From an uncultured Actinomycetota bacterium (lineage in GTDB: Bacteria; Actinomycetota; UBA4738; HRBIN12): 64,000 bases of DNA. The stretch covers positions 1,061,633 through 1,125,632 of the forward strand of contig CAVZUH010000004.1 of the NCBI GenBank assembly GCA_963778505.1, in the 5' to 3' direction. The notes beneath the pieces were generated by a model that made no database searches, was not told the DNA's origin, and saw only the letters and a program-made list of their open reading frames with translations. The translations under genes were made by a program, and so were the position numbers. Of this stretch, positions 47,556 through 57,583 are shown one piece after another; within the stretch, counting starts at the first letter, position 1, and each line of letters opens with the position of its first letter.

Positions 47556-49096
47556 GACGTCCCCACCTTCTCCTCCGGTTGCACCTCGACGGCCTCGGGT
47601 CCCCCGATACCCCGGACGATCCGATCGAACTCCTCTTCGAAGGCGTCCTTGTGCTGCAGGGCGAAGCCCCCGATCTCCACGAGGGCGCCGCCGGGTGCGG
47701 CCTCCGCTCGGATCCAGACCTTCCGACGGGAGACGTACAAGGAGGGGATCAGTCCCACGAGGACGAGGATAGCGGCGGCCAGGACCACCGGGATGCCGAC
47801 GTCGCGGCTGATGAGGAGAACGCTGTACTGGCGCAGCTCGGGGAACGAGAGTCGGAGCTCGCCGCCTCCGGGCACATCGATGTTGCTGGTCCCGGCGGCG
47901 TGGAGATCGCCTCCGCCGACCCGCCGGAGGCCGGTCGTGTCCATCGTCGACAACGATGGATCCTCGATGCGTCCCACGAAGACCGAGTAGCGGATGTACG
48001 GGTCGAACTGCACCAACATCGGGGTCGGCTCGCCGGTCAACTGGAAGTTGGCATAGGCCCTGAAGTCGGACCACAGCTCGACCGTGATCATGACGTCCGG
48101 CTCCGTCGCCGAGAGCTTGATCGCCCCCCGCCACGGCATCGCCGTCGCGGGAACACCATCCGGCGCTCGGTCACGCACGGCGACGATCGGTGAGGACCAC
48201 ATCGTCGCGCCGTCCAGCTCGACCTTCACGACGGGTGCCCAGCCGAACCCTTCCTGGAAGACGCGGAGCCCTTCGACCGAAGCGGGGTGGTTCACCCGAA
48301 CCTCCTCGGTCCGGATGGCGCCCCCTTTCCGATCCGAGAACGCGACACGCGACACGAAGTCCTTCGGCTGCCCGTTCCGTCGATAGGTGTCCTCGAAGTC
48401 GGTCAGACGGATCCCGACACCCGTGAAACCGCCGCCGAAGTACCGGCCGACTCGGATCTGACCGGCGTAGTTGGAGCGCGCGTCCACGAACGACTCCCCC
48501 TCGGTCACGACGGCCCGGCCGGTGAACCCGGTCCCCTTGCCGACGATCACCCCCACGACGAGGAGGAAGAACGCCCAATGGAAGAGGAGGCTCCCGACCT
48601 CGCGGAGAACCCCCTTCTCCGCGGCGACGCCCAGGCCCTCGCGGGAGACGCGGAATCGCTTCTTGCGCAGGTAGCGCGCGGCGCTCGACGCGGCCTCGTC
48701 GGGTCCGGTGCCCACCCGAACCTCCGCATGGTGGCGGAACCCGTTCAGCTCCTTCGCCTGCAACGGCCGCTGCCGCGTCGCTCGGATCATCGCGCGGGTC
48801 CTCGGGAACAGGCACGCGGCCAGCGAGACGAACAGCAGGGTCGTGATCAGGACGAACCACCACGAACCGTAGACGTCGAAGAAGCCCGCCCGGAAGAACA
48901 TCGGTCCCCAGAACCCGTGATCGTCGAGGTACTGCCCGACCCGCTCCGGCGAGTTCGGGATCTGTGGCAACAGCGACCCGATCACGGAGCCGGCGGCAAG
49001 GACCAACAAGAGGATCAGAGCGGTGCGCATCGACCGCAGCGTTCGCCAGACCAGAGCGACCGACTGGCGAACCGTGGGGCCGGGCGAGGTCGTCAT
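47552..49096 (-). CDS. resB: Cytochrome c biogenesis protein ResB
   Basis: WRTLRSMRTALILL, LFHWAF, RVNHP, YVSRRKVW. Confidence 0.92.
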   Translation of the reverse strand: MTTSPGPTVRQSVALVWRTLRSMRTALILLLVLAAGSVIGSLLPQIPNSPERVGQYLDDHGFWGPMFFRAGFFDVYGSWWFVLITTLLFVSLAACLFPRTRAMIRATRQRPLQAKELNGFRHHAEVRVGTGPDEAASSAARYLRKKRFRVSREGLGVAAEKGVLREVGSLLFHWAFFLLVVGVIVGKGTGFTGRAVVTEGESFVDARSNYAGQIRVGRYFGGGFTGVGIRLTDFEDTYRRNGQPKDFVSRVAFSDRKGGAIRTEEVRVNHPASVEGLRVFQEGFGWAPVVKVELDGATMWSSPIVAVRDRAPDGVPATAMPWRGAIKLSATEPDVMITVELWSDFRAYANFQLTGEPTPMLVQFDPYIRYSVFVGRIEDPSLSTMDTTGLRRVGGGDLHAAGTSNIDVPGGGELRLSFPELRQYSVLLISRDVGIPVVLAAAILVLVGLIPSLYVSRRKVWIRAEAAPGGALVEIGGFALQHKDAFEEEFDRIVRGIGGPEAVEVQPEEKVGTS

Positions 49097-49140
49097 CGTC
49101 GCCCCGATGCTAGGGAGCGCCTCCGGCACCCGTCCACGGC

Positions 49141-49869
49141 CTACAGCCCCGGGGCGAATCGCGCGAGCGGCGCGATGAACCGCTGGAAGAGGCCGGTGAC
49201 CAGCAGCACACCGACGGTGACGAGCAGCGCTCCCGAGACCCCTGCGATGACCCGGTAGTTCCGACGGACCCAACCGAGGCTCCGCACCAGCCGGTCGGCG
49301 CCGATGCCGACCAGCAGGAACGGGAGCCCGAGGCCCAGCGAGTACACGACCAGCAGCGCTGCACCCTTGACGGTGCCGCCGCCGGCCGCGATCGCGAGGA
49401 TGCCTCCGAGCACGGGCCCGATGCAGGGCGTCCAGCCGGCGGCGAAGGCCATCCCGAGCGGGAGCGCCCCGGCCGTGCCGGGGCGCACCCGCTCGAGGAG
49501 CGGCCTGCGCTCCGCGTAGAGGCTCGGCGAGCCACGGCCGAACGCGTAGCCGAGCATGAGGAGACCGAGCACGATCACCACCAGCCCCGCCGCTCGCTGG
49601 AACCAGGCGTCCCGGAAGAACCGGACGAAGGTCCCCGCGAACGCGCCGAGCAGCGTGAACACGATCGTGAACCCGAGGATGAACAGCAGGATCGGAAGGA
49701 GCGGGCGCCGGCCCTCGCCCTCGGTCGCGCGGCTCCCCGTCACGAACGAGACGTAGCCCGGCACCAGCGGCAGGACGCATGGACTGGCGAAGGACACGAC
49801 CCCGGCCGCGAAGGCGAGGGCCGGCGCCCACCACGACGAGAGCCCCGTGTCGACCAGTCCGGCCAGCAT
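49141..49869 (-). CDS. ccdA: Cytochrome c biogenesis protein CcdA
   Basis: SFASPCVLPLVPGY, GWTPCIGP. Confidence 0.93.
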   Translation of the reverse strand: MLAGLVDTGLSSWWAPALAFAAGVVSFASPCVLPLVPGYVSFVTGSRATEGEGRRPLLPILLFILGFTIVFTLLGAFAGTFVRFFRDAWFQRAAGLVVIVLGLLMLGYAFGRGSPSLYAERRPLLERVRPGTAGALPLGMAFAAGWTPCIGPVLGGILAIAAGGGTVKGAALLVVYSLGLGLPFLLVGIGADRLVRSLGWVRRNYRVIAGVSGALLVTVGVLLVTGLFQRFIAPLARFAPGL

Positions 49870-49945
49870 CCGGGGCTCAGTCTCCCATCGCCGCCACCAC
49901 GAGTTGAGTTGTCTGTGCTCCGACCGCGACTTAGTGTGGAGCCGC

Positions 49946-49963
49946 TCGTGAAAACCTTCACGA
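49946..49963. promoter_or_regulatory. Rex operator TCGTGAAAACCTTCACGA in the divergent ccdA / Rieske-cytochrome b promoter
   Basis: Perfect 8-bp arms CTCGTGAA-N4-TTCACGAG; TATGAT at 50011. Confidence 0.8.
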
Positions 49964-50043
49964 GTGGGAGCGGGAGCCGAGAGCGAGGGCAAGGCCCCCC
50001 GAGGCCCGGTTATGATTCGCCCGCCCATGGAGCAAGCGAGCGC

Positions 50044-50486
50044 ATGAGCCAGGTCGAGACCACAGCCAGATCGCCCGTCCAGACCGTCAAGCGCCATGTC
50101 GAGTCGTTCCTGCAGGGACTTCGAGTGGTCCTGGACGAACGCCGTGCTCTTCTCGATGGCCCTGCTGTTCTTCCTGCTGATCACGAGCTCGGTGATGCCG
50201 TCGTGGTGGATGTACTACGCGGAGCAGAAGCTCGGCTGGCAGGGCCCGACGGACCTCGAGGCGTTCCTGCGGGATCCGTTCAGCACGAGCGCGCCGTTCT
50301 TCTCGGCGGAAGGGTTCCTGTGGCTCTCCTACGAGGCGCACCTCATGCTCCGGGACGCGATCGCGATGGGCCTCACGACGGGCCCGATCATCTCGGTGCT
50401 CGTCGATCTCGGCCCTGCTGCAGAACTGGCGGCGCAAGCTGCGCGGAGAGTCCGGCAACGTCCGACCCACCGGTGGGTACCGGTAG
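50044..50486 (+). CDS. Hypothetical membrane protein, first gene of the Rieske/cytochrome b operon (apparent indels)
   Basis: Two hydrophobic segments; ends NWRRKLRG...TGGYR before the ferredoxin start. Confidence 0.55.
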
Positions 50487-50503
50487 GAGGCCAGAGAAGA
50501 CAG

Positions 50504-50900
50504 ATGCCCTTCACCAAGACCGAGGTCGACATCCACGAGGATTACACGCTCGAGGCGGTCGACCCTGCCTGGCTCGCACAGGGCGTGAAGTCGCCGAAGC
50601 ACCTGATGCTGGACCCCGACAACTGCATCTTGTGCCGGGCGTGCGAGGACGTCTGTCCGTGGAACTGCATCTTCATGCTCTCAACCGGACATCGTCGAGG
50701 ACTCCGAGACGCCGGCCTCGGAGGCCGAGGTGCTCACCTCGTCCGCGATCTTCGTCGTGGACGACAACGCGTGCACGCGGTGCTCCGTCTGCGTGGACCG
50801 GTGCCCCACGGACACGCTGTACTATGCGCGGCTGCCGGAGGGTTCCGGCGGCAGAAGGACGATGGCCGAGGTCCCGACGTCCCAGGCGGCGGAGGAGTGA
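50504..50900 (+). CDS. 2x[4Fe-4S] ferredoxin-like protein (one indel near 50685)
   Basis: CILCRACEDVCP and CTRCSVCVDRCP; no signal peptide. Confidence 0.85.
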
Positions 50901-50928
50901 TCGTGCCGACCGCGAGAGGGGGAACCCG

Positions 50929-51700
50929 TTGAAGTTGAAGCCCCCGTCGCCGAGCGAGCTCGGCGATCGTCTCCGGGAGACCGAGGTCTGGAAGTCGATC
51001 TTCCGGCCGGGCTCGATCTTCCGGAAGGGCTACAAGGACACGTCGCGCGACCGCGCGCTCGCGACGATGAACAACGTGCTGTACCACCTCCACCCGGTGA
51101 AGGTGAAGCGTCACGGGCTGAAGCTGACCTACACGTTCTGCCTGGGCGGCCTGTCGTTCTTCCTGTTCATCCTGCTCACGGTCACCGGGCATCTTCCTGA
51201 TGTTCTTCTACCGGCCGATGGCCGACATCGGCGGCGCGCCGGCCTACACCGACATGCAGAACATCCGAACGACGGTGTTCTTCGGCGACTTCGTGCGGAA
51301 CCTCCATCGATGGGGTGCGCACCTGATGGTCTTCAGCGTCACGCTGCACATGGCGCGAGTGTTCTACACCGGCGCCTACAAGCCCCCGCGCGAGTTCAAC
51401 TGGGTCGTCGGCGTGATCCTGCTCTTCCTCACGCTCGGCCTGTCGTTCACGGGCTACCTGCTCCCGTGGGACCAGCTGGCGATCTGGGCCGTGACCGTGG
51501 GCACCTCGCTCGCGGGCTACTCGCCGTTCATCGCGAAACAGGCGAACTTCCTGCTGCTGGGCGGCGTGGTCGTCGGACCCGAGACGCTGCTGCGCTGGTA
51601 CACGCTCCACGTCCTCGCCCTTCCGTTCGTCTTGGTGCTGTTCCTGTCGGTCCACTTCTGGCGGATCCGCAAGGACGGCGGGATCTCGGGACCGCTCTAG
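50929..51700 (+). CDS. Cytochrome b6-type subunit of a Rieske/cytochrome b complex (one indel near 51190)
   Basis: TFCLGG, LHRWGAH...[17 protein letters not shown]-x14-H, GISGPL C-terminus. Confidence 0.92.
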
Positions 51701-51710
51701 GAGGCCGGTG

Positions 51711-52547
51711 ATGGCACGCGACGACACCCCACTCGATCAGGAGGTCTTCGACCGCGTCCTCAAGGAGCAGCTCGACGCCGGCACGGACCGGCGCGTGGCC
51801 GACGGTCGCGCCCGGTCGGCCGCCGTGCGGGCCTACAAAGCCGCGCATCCCGAAGAGGAAGGCGCTCCGCCCGCGGCGGCCGCCGGTGGCAACGGAGAGG
51901 CTCCGGCGCAGGCGCCCGCGGCGGCAGCAGCCGTTCCGGCGGCCGCTGCGCCGGCCGGCCAGGCCGCCATGGTGGCGGCCGCACCCGTGAGCGCCCCTAC
52001 GAGAACCGCGCCGCTCCCGACAGGCAACATCCCGACGCCGAAGAAGGGAGCACCGGACAAGCACCGGCTGCTGGCGCTGGTGCCGCCCGAGGGGATCCAG
52101 CGGGTCGAGCGCGAGCAGGGCGACCGGGTGAACGTGTGGCCCCACCTGCTGATCGAAGAGTTCGTGGCGATGTTCGTGCTCTCGGTGGGCCTGGTGGTCT
52201 TCTCCACCTTCGTGAACGCCCCGCTGCGGGAGCTGGCCAACGCCAACCTCACGCCGAACCCGTCGAAGGCGCCCTGGTACTTCCTCGGACTCCAGGAGCT
52301 GCTGCGCTACTTCCACCCGATGGTCGCGGGGATCTCGATCCCGACCTTCATCCTCGTCGGACTCGCGGCGGTGCCCTTCGTCGACCGGAACCCCAGCACC
52401 CGTCCCGGCGACAGGAAGATCGCGCTCACGCTGTTCACGATGATGTTCATGTTCGGCGCCGTGCTGACGATCATCGGCTCGTTCTTCCGCGGCCCCGGCT
52501 ACAACTGGGTCTGGCCGTGGGCCCAGGGGGTGTTCTTCGAGCTGTGA
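51711..52547 (+). CDS. Subunit IV-type (split cytochrome b C-terminal) protein with N-terminal extension
   Basis: WPHLL, TPNPSKAPWYFLGLQELL (PEWY variant), PFVDRNP. Confidence 0.88.
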   Translation: MARDDTPLDQEVFDRVLKEQLDAGTDRRVADGRARSAAVRAYKAAHPEEEGAPPAAAAGGNGEAPAQAPAAAAAVPAAAAPAGQAAMVAAAPVSAPTRTAPLPTGNIPTPKKGAPDKHRLLALVPPEGIQRVEREQGDRVNVWPHLLIEEFVAMFVLSVGLVVFSTFVNAPLRELANANLTPNPSKAPWYFLGLQELLRYFHPMVAGISIPTFILVGLAAVPFVDRNPSTRPGDRKIALTLFTMMFMFGAVLTIIGSFFRGPGYNWVWPWAQGVFFEL

Positions 52548-53279
52548 GGACGCTCGCCGTGTCCGCCGGACTCGTCGCTGCGATCGCCGCCCTCCTGGCG
52601 GTCGTGATCTTCGCGATCGCGTTCTTCGTCGATCTCCCTCCGGTCCTACCAGCGGCAACAGGATGCCGTCGCCGCCACCCGGGCGCGAGCCGCGGGCCTC
52701 CCCACGCCTCCCGACACGGGCGCCGGCCGTGTCGCGTCGAGACTTCTTCCGGAAGTCCTTGATCACGTCGCTCCTCGTGTTCGCCGCCGCACTTCGGGGG
52801 CGCGTCGATCGCGTTCCTGTGGCCCAGCCTCAAGGGGGGCTTCGGCGCGCTGATCGACGCGGGCCCGTTGGACGAGATCAGGGCCGCCGTCAGCTCGGGT
52901 GAGCCGTTCTACGTCGGGACGGGCCGCTTCTACATCGTGCCGTACAACGGCACCCCGAAGGGCGGCATCGACTACGCGAACGAGGGTGTGGCCGGCGAGG
53001 GGATCATGCCGCTCTACCAGCGGTGCGTGCACCTCGGCTGCCGGGTGCCGTTCTGCGGCCAGTCGAAGTGGTTCGAGTGCCCGTGCCACGGCTCGAAGTA
53101 CAACCAGGCCGGCGAGTACCAGCTCGGCCCCGCCCCGCGCGGCATGGATCGCTTCCACATGGAGATCGTCGGACGGCCGGGTGATGGTCGACACCTCCGA
53201 GGTGGTCCTCGGACCTCCCCGCGGAACCGACACGATCGACCAGCCGCCGCAGGGCGCCTTCTGCGTGGCGCCGGGATAG
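52544..53279 (+). CDS. Rieske 2Fe-2S subunit (apparent indels)
   Basis: Tat-like SRRDFF; CVHLGC and CPCHGS; [10 protein letters not shown]. Confidence 0.9.
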
Positions 53280-53294
53280 GAGCGGACGAGAGCG

Positions 53295-54007
53295 ATGCTC
53301 GCACTGTCGACGACGGCCGGGATCGGGCTCGCGATCGCGGGCGGCGCTGATCACGGTCGCCGCGATCGCCGGGCTGGCGCTCCGGCAGCGGACCCGCGAG
53401 ACGGGACCGGACATCCCCGACGCGCTGCAGCCAGGACCGTCCGACGCCGCCCTCGAGACCCCGCTGCTCCAGAAGCTCCAGGGCTGGAGCGTGGTGATGC
53501 TCGCGTTCTTCGTCGTCTGGATCCCGGCGACGTGGATCTTCGAGCCGTCGACGAACCTGAACCAGGAGCACGAGCTGAAGGAGCTGGCGCATCGACCGCG
53601 GCGAACGGTCGGTCCTGCCGTTCTCCGAGGAGAACCAGCTCGGGGTCGGGATGCGTCCGCTGCCACGGACCCGATCTGACCGGCGGCATCATCCAGACGG
53701 GCGCCACGTTCGCGTTCCCGCCGGACCTGACGACGGTCTGCGGCGGCGCCGTCGACCGGCCACGCCGGCGATCTACTCGATCGACGACATCTACCAGGTC
53801 ATCTCGGAAGGCCGGGCGAACGCGATGCCCTCGTGGAGCATCCGGTTCGAGGGCGCGCTCGACGACCAGCAGATCAACGACATCGTGCGTGTACCTGGTG
53901 GATCTCTCCTCGGAGAACGTGCCGTTCGAGGACAACGTCTGCCTGAACGAGGACGCCTCCGCCGCGGGCCCTCGAGACACCCGACCCGCAACCCGAGGGA
54001 CCCGTGA
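53295..54007 (+). CDS. Membrane-anchored monoheme cytochrome c (apparent indels)
   Basis: CVRCHG, NAMPSWS...[10 protein letters not shown]. Confidence 0.82.
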
Positions 54008-54742
54008 TGGAGAGCTGCCTCGGCTTCAACGTCGACTGCGGCATCCTCGTCAAGGGCGCCGGCGTGGTCCTCATGGCGTTCACGCTGTTCGTAGGGAGCG
54101 TGTACCTCATCCTGACCGCCGTCCTCGGCCGCTGGATGGGCTACCTCGTCGCTGATGGTCGCCTTCTCCGGGTGGATGATCGTGCTCTCCGCGCTCTGGG
54201 CGTTCGGCTTCTACTCGCAGGGTCCGGACACGCCCGTGAACCTCGGGCCGCGCGGAGCGGAGCCCGCCTGGGTCCCGATCCTCGCATCGACCGGTGAGAC
54301 GAGCGATCGGTACGAGGCGTTCCGCAGCTACCCGAGCGAGCCCTGGAAAGAGCCGGAGCAAGGGCAGAGCCGCCGAGGTGCAATCGGTGACCGGGATCGT
54401 GACCGACTTCCTCGCCGAAGAGGCCAACCTGGAACTCGAGATCCGCCATACGGACCCGAGGGCGGTGACCGGCGTCGACTTCGCCGTGGACGACCTTCAC
54501 TTCGCGAACGTCAGGCGGCGCCCAGCTCGCCGTCGCCGCAAGCCCACTTCCTCGATGGGGGACCGCTCTGGACGGTGTCCCTGTACTACGACGAGGGAAG
54601 CGTCCCGAAGTACTCCTACATGTTCCTCGCTGGCTCGGTGATCCTGTTCGCGGTCCATCTGCCGCTGCTCGACATCGCCGAGCGCAAGCGCAAGGACTTC
54701 CTCACCGGCGGGGCGGCCCCGCCCTGGTACGGACCCGCGTGA
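54007..54742 (+). CDS. Hypothetical membrane protein (apparent indels)
   Basis: 3 TM segments; start abuts the cytochrome c stop. Confidence 0.6.
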
Positions 54743-54777
54743 TGGGCGATCCGGCGATCGGGAGAGGAGGTGGGAGC

Positions 54778-54886
54778 GTGCTAGCGTCAGGTACCACTGC
54801 TCGATCAGGGAAGCATCCAGTTCATCCTCCTCGGAGTGATGATCCTGGTCGTCCTGTTCGTGCTCTGGATCACGATCGCGAAGTAG
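54778..54886 (+). CDS. About 35-aa single-TM peptide (needs one indel corrected)
   Basis: GAGGAGG RBS 7 nt before GTG; MLA/QVPLLDQGSIQFILLGVMILVVLFVLWITIAK. Confidence 0.5.
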
Positions 54887-54915
54887 CGCGATCGGGTCCG
54901 CTCCCGTGCGGATCC

Positions 54916-55603
54916 TCACCGGGTCGGCGCGAACGCCACCGCCCCACCGCGCTCGCCGAACGTCGGCCAGCGCCGCCTTGCGCTGTTCGTAGTAGGCGAG
55001 GATCTGGAGCTCCACCGCCAGATCGACCGACCGGACCGACACCCCGGCCGGGGCGACGAGCGGGGCGGGCGCGAAGTTCAGGATGGACCTGATCCCCGCG
55101 GCGACCATCCGATCGCCCGACGTCCTGGACGGCCGTCGCGGGAGTCGCGATGACGCCGATCGCGATCCCCCGCTCTCTCACCAGCTCCGGGAGCGCGTCG
55201 ACATGGACGACCTCGATGTCGCCCACCCGCTCGCCGACCTTTCGCCGGATCGATGTCGACGAGAGCCGCGACGCGGAAGCCGCGGTCACCGAAGCCCTTG
55301 TAGTTGGCGAGGGCGTGTCCCAGGTTCCCGATGCCCGGCGATCGCGATGCCCCAGTCCTGGGTGAGTCCGAGCTCCCGACGGATCTGGTGGATCAGGTAC
55401 GCCACGTCGTAGCCCACCCCGCGAGTGCCGTACGAGCCCAGATGCGAGAGATCCTTGCGGACCTTGGCGGACGTGACCCCGGCGGCGAGAGCCAGGTCCT
55501 CGGAGGAGGCGACCACGACCCCGTCCGCCGCCATCCCGCCGAGCGCCTGGAGGTACCTCGGCAGCCGTCCGACCGTCGCCTCGGGTATCGACCGATCCGT
55601 CAC
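54916..55603 (-). CDS. rex: Redox-sensing transcriptional repressor Rex (apparent indels)
   Basis: [58 protein letters not shown]. Confidence 0.93.
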
Positions 55604-55692
55604 GGGCGACGCGATCCCGTGCTCATGTCCGTGAGCCTAGCCGAAATCGGCCGCTGCATTCACAAGTGCACGAGCGCTTTCGCGCTGGCCAT

Positions 55693-55946
55693 TCATCCCA
55701 CCAACCGCGCGAGCTTTCCAGGGTCGACGCGTGATCTCGAAGGCCTCTTCCCCGTCGACATCGACCACGGGGATCCGGATCCCGTACTCGAGCTCGAGCT
55801 CGTCGTCGCCCTCGATGTCGACCTCGTCGAACTCGAATCCGATCCGCGTCCGCTCCGACAGGATCGTTTCGCGAGCCACGTCGCAGAGATGACACCCCGC
55901 GCGGGAGTACAGGACGACCGCGGTGGCGCATGGGGCGCCGTTGCAT
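55693..55946 (-). CDS. Glutaredoxin-like protein (DUF836) (apparent indels)
   Basis: LYSRAGCHLCD...EYGIRIPVV; usual rex neighbour in Actinobacteria. Confidence 0.78.
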
Positions 55947-55977
55947 GGGGCGATGGTAGCGTCCGGCGCCAGGAGCG

Positions 55978-56545
55978 ATGAGAGACGGCGACCGGGAGGA
56001 TCTGGAGCTTCACCGGCGCCTCTCCGCCGGCGACCGAGGAGCGTTCGACGAGCTCTACCGGCGATACTCGCCCACCGCGTACGGGATCGCGTATCGGCTC
56101 ACGGGACAGCGTCTGCTGGCACAGGATGCGGTACACGATGCGTTCCTCGCGCTCTGGCGCGCACCCGAGGCGTTCGACGCGGCCCGTGGGGCCTTCAGGA
56201 GCTTCTTCCTGTCGCTCGTCCATCACCGAGCGGTCGATACGATCCGACGCGAGGAGCGGATGCGCGCCCGACACGATCGAGCGGCGAACCTCGAGCCCGT
56301 CGTGGGCGAAGACCTTTCGGAACACGTCGTCGACGAGGACTTCGTCGCACGAGCGTCGCCGCGAGGTCCGGGATGCGCTCGCAGACCTCTCAGCAGAGCA
56401 ACGGCAGGTGCTGGAGATGGCCTACTTCGCAGGCATGACCCAGGTACGGATCGCCGAGGAGCTCGGCATCCCCCTCGGCACCGTGAAGACAAGGACGTTC
56501 GCGGCGCTCCGGAAGCTGCGGCGCGCCCTCGAGCAGGAGGACTGA
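55978..56545 (+). CDS. ECF sigma factor, SigK-like (one indel near 56350)
   Basis: AFDELYRRY, HHRAVDTIR, LEMAYFAGMTQ..IAEELGIPLGTVKTR. Confidence 0.9.
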
Positions 56546-56584
56546 AGGCCTTTGGAGCCGCCAGGATCGAGGTCGGGGTCGCAG

Positions 56585-57304
56585 ATGGACCCGCAAGAGC
56601 ACGAGCGTATCGACGAGCTGATGGCGGGCTACGCCTTGCGCAGTCTCTCCGGCGAGGATGCGGCGGAGGCAGACCGGCTGCTCTCCGAGCACGTTCCGGA
56701 CTGCGAGAGGTGCCGAGAGACCCTGCTGGCGTTCAGCGACACCGTCGCCGACCTCGCCTTCGCGGCGGATCCGATCGTGCCCCCGGAGACCTTGCTTCCG
56801 CGCCTCCATCGTGAGCTCGAACCCCGGACCGGTCGTCTCCCGGCCGGCCGCTGGGCGGGCGTCGCGGCAGGCATGGCCGTGGTCCTGGTCGCCGGTGGCC
56901 TGGCCGTCTCACAGTTGCTCCGTGCCGGAAACCTCCAGGATCGGAACGATCTGTTCGCGCGGGCTCTGCGGTACTCGCAGCTTCCCGACGCCGACAGCGC
57001 GCGGCTGGTCGGGGCCGATGCGGCGGAGCCGGCCCCCGTCTCCGAGGTCGCTGCTCCAGACGTCGATCGCTTCTACCTGCTCGGCGACGACGTGCCGCCA
57101 CCGCCTGCAGGTCAGGTGTACGGGATCTGGCTCTCCGACGGCGTGAACACCGTGTTCGCGAAGACGTTCGTCCCGAGCACGGGCGTCACCGTGGTGGAGG
57201 TGCCTTTCGATCGATCGAGGTTCGACCGCGTCCTGATCACTCTGGAGATCGAGGGCACGGTACCGAGCGAGCCGGGAGACGCTCTGTGGGAGGCGGCAGC
57301 GTAG
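56585..57304 (+). CDS. Anti-sigma factor, RskA-like with zinc-finger HxxxCxxC
   Basis: EHVPDCERC, one TM helix, GQVYGIWL, ITLE. Confidence 0.85.
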   Translation: MDPQEHERIDELMAGYALRSLSGEDAAEADRLLSEHVPDCERCRETLLAFSDTVADLAFAADPIVPPETLLPRLHRELEPRTGRLPAGRWAGVAAGMAVVLVAGGLAVSQLLRAGNLQDRNDLFARALRYSQLPDADSARLVGADAAEPAPVSEVAAPDVDRFYLLGDDVPPPPAGQVYGIWLSDGVNTVFAKTFVPSTGVTVVEVPFDRSRFDRVLITLEIEGTVPSEPGDALWEAAA

Positions 57305-57413
57305 CGTCCCCCGGCCGCAGGACCCACCCCAGCCGCTGCGAGCCCTTGTTCGGAGCGCCTCGGCCGACTGCGTCCCGAGGCGCTCCGGTATCGGTTTCGG
57401 AGTCGCGGACGGG

Positions 57414-57439
57414 TGATCCGGCGCGGTCCTGAACGCGAA
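57414..57439 (+). promoter_or_regulatory. Putative SigK-type ECF promoter TGATCC-N15-GCGAA
   Basis: Resembles the M. tuberculosis SigK consensus CCATCC-N15-CCGAA as recalled; lies upstream of DUF4331. Confidence 0.5.
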
Positions 57440-57583
57440 CCCTCTGCGTCCGGAGGGGCCAGACCCCGAACAGAGGGAGGGGGTGGTGGTCCGGATCAAG
57501 CGCCCCGTCCGCGGCCCGCGGTGACCGTTCCGGCTGCCGCTCCCTGTCCAACAGGACCGGATCCATAGGAAGGACGTGAACGC

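Noticed and set aside
50096-50932. Membrane protein-ferredoxin fusion in the ORF track
   Set aside because: An alternative-frame stop at 50484-50486 and a purine-rich leader before ATG 50504 indicate two genes; a fusion is not fully excluded until polished
55648-55674. Rex autoregulatory operator
   Set aside because: Only one half-site (TTCACAA at 55659-55665) is present, not a full palindrome
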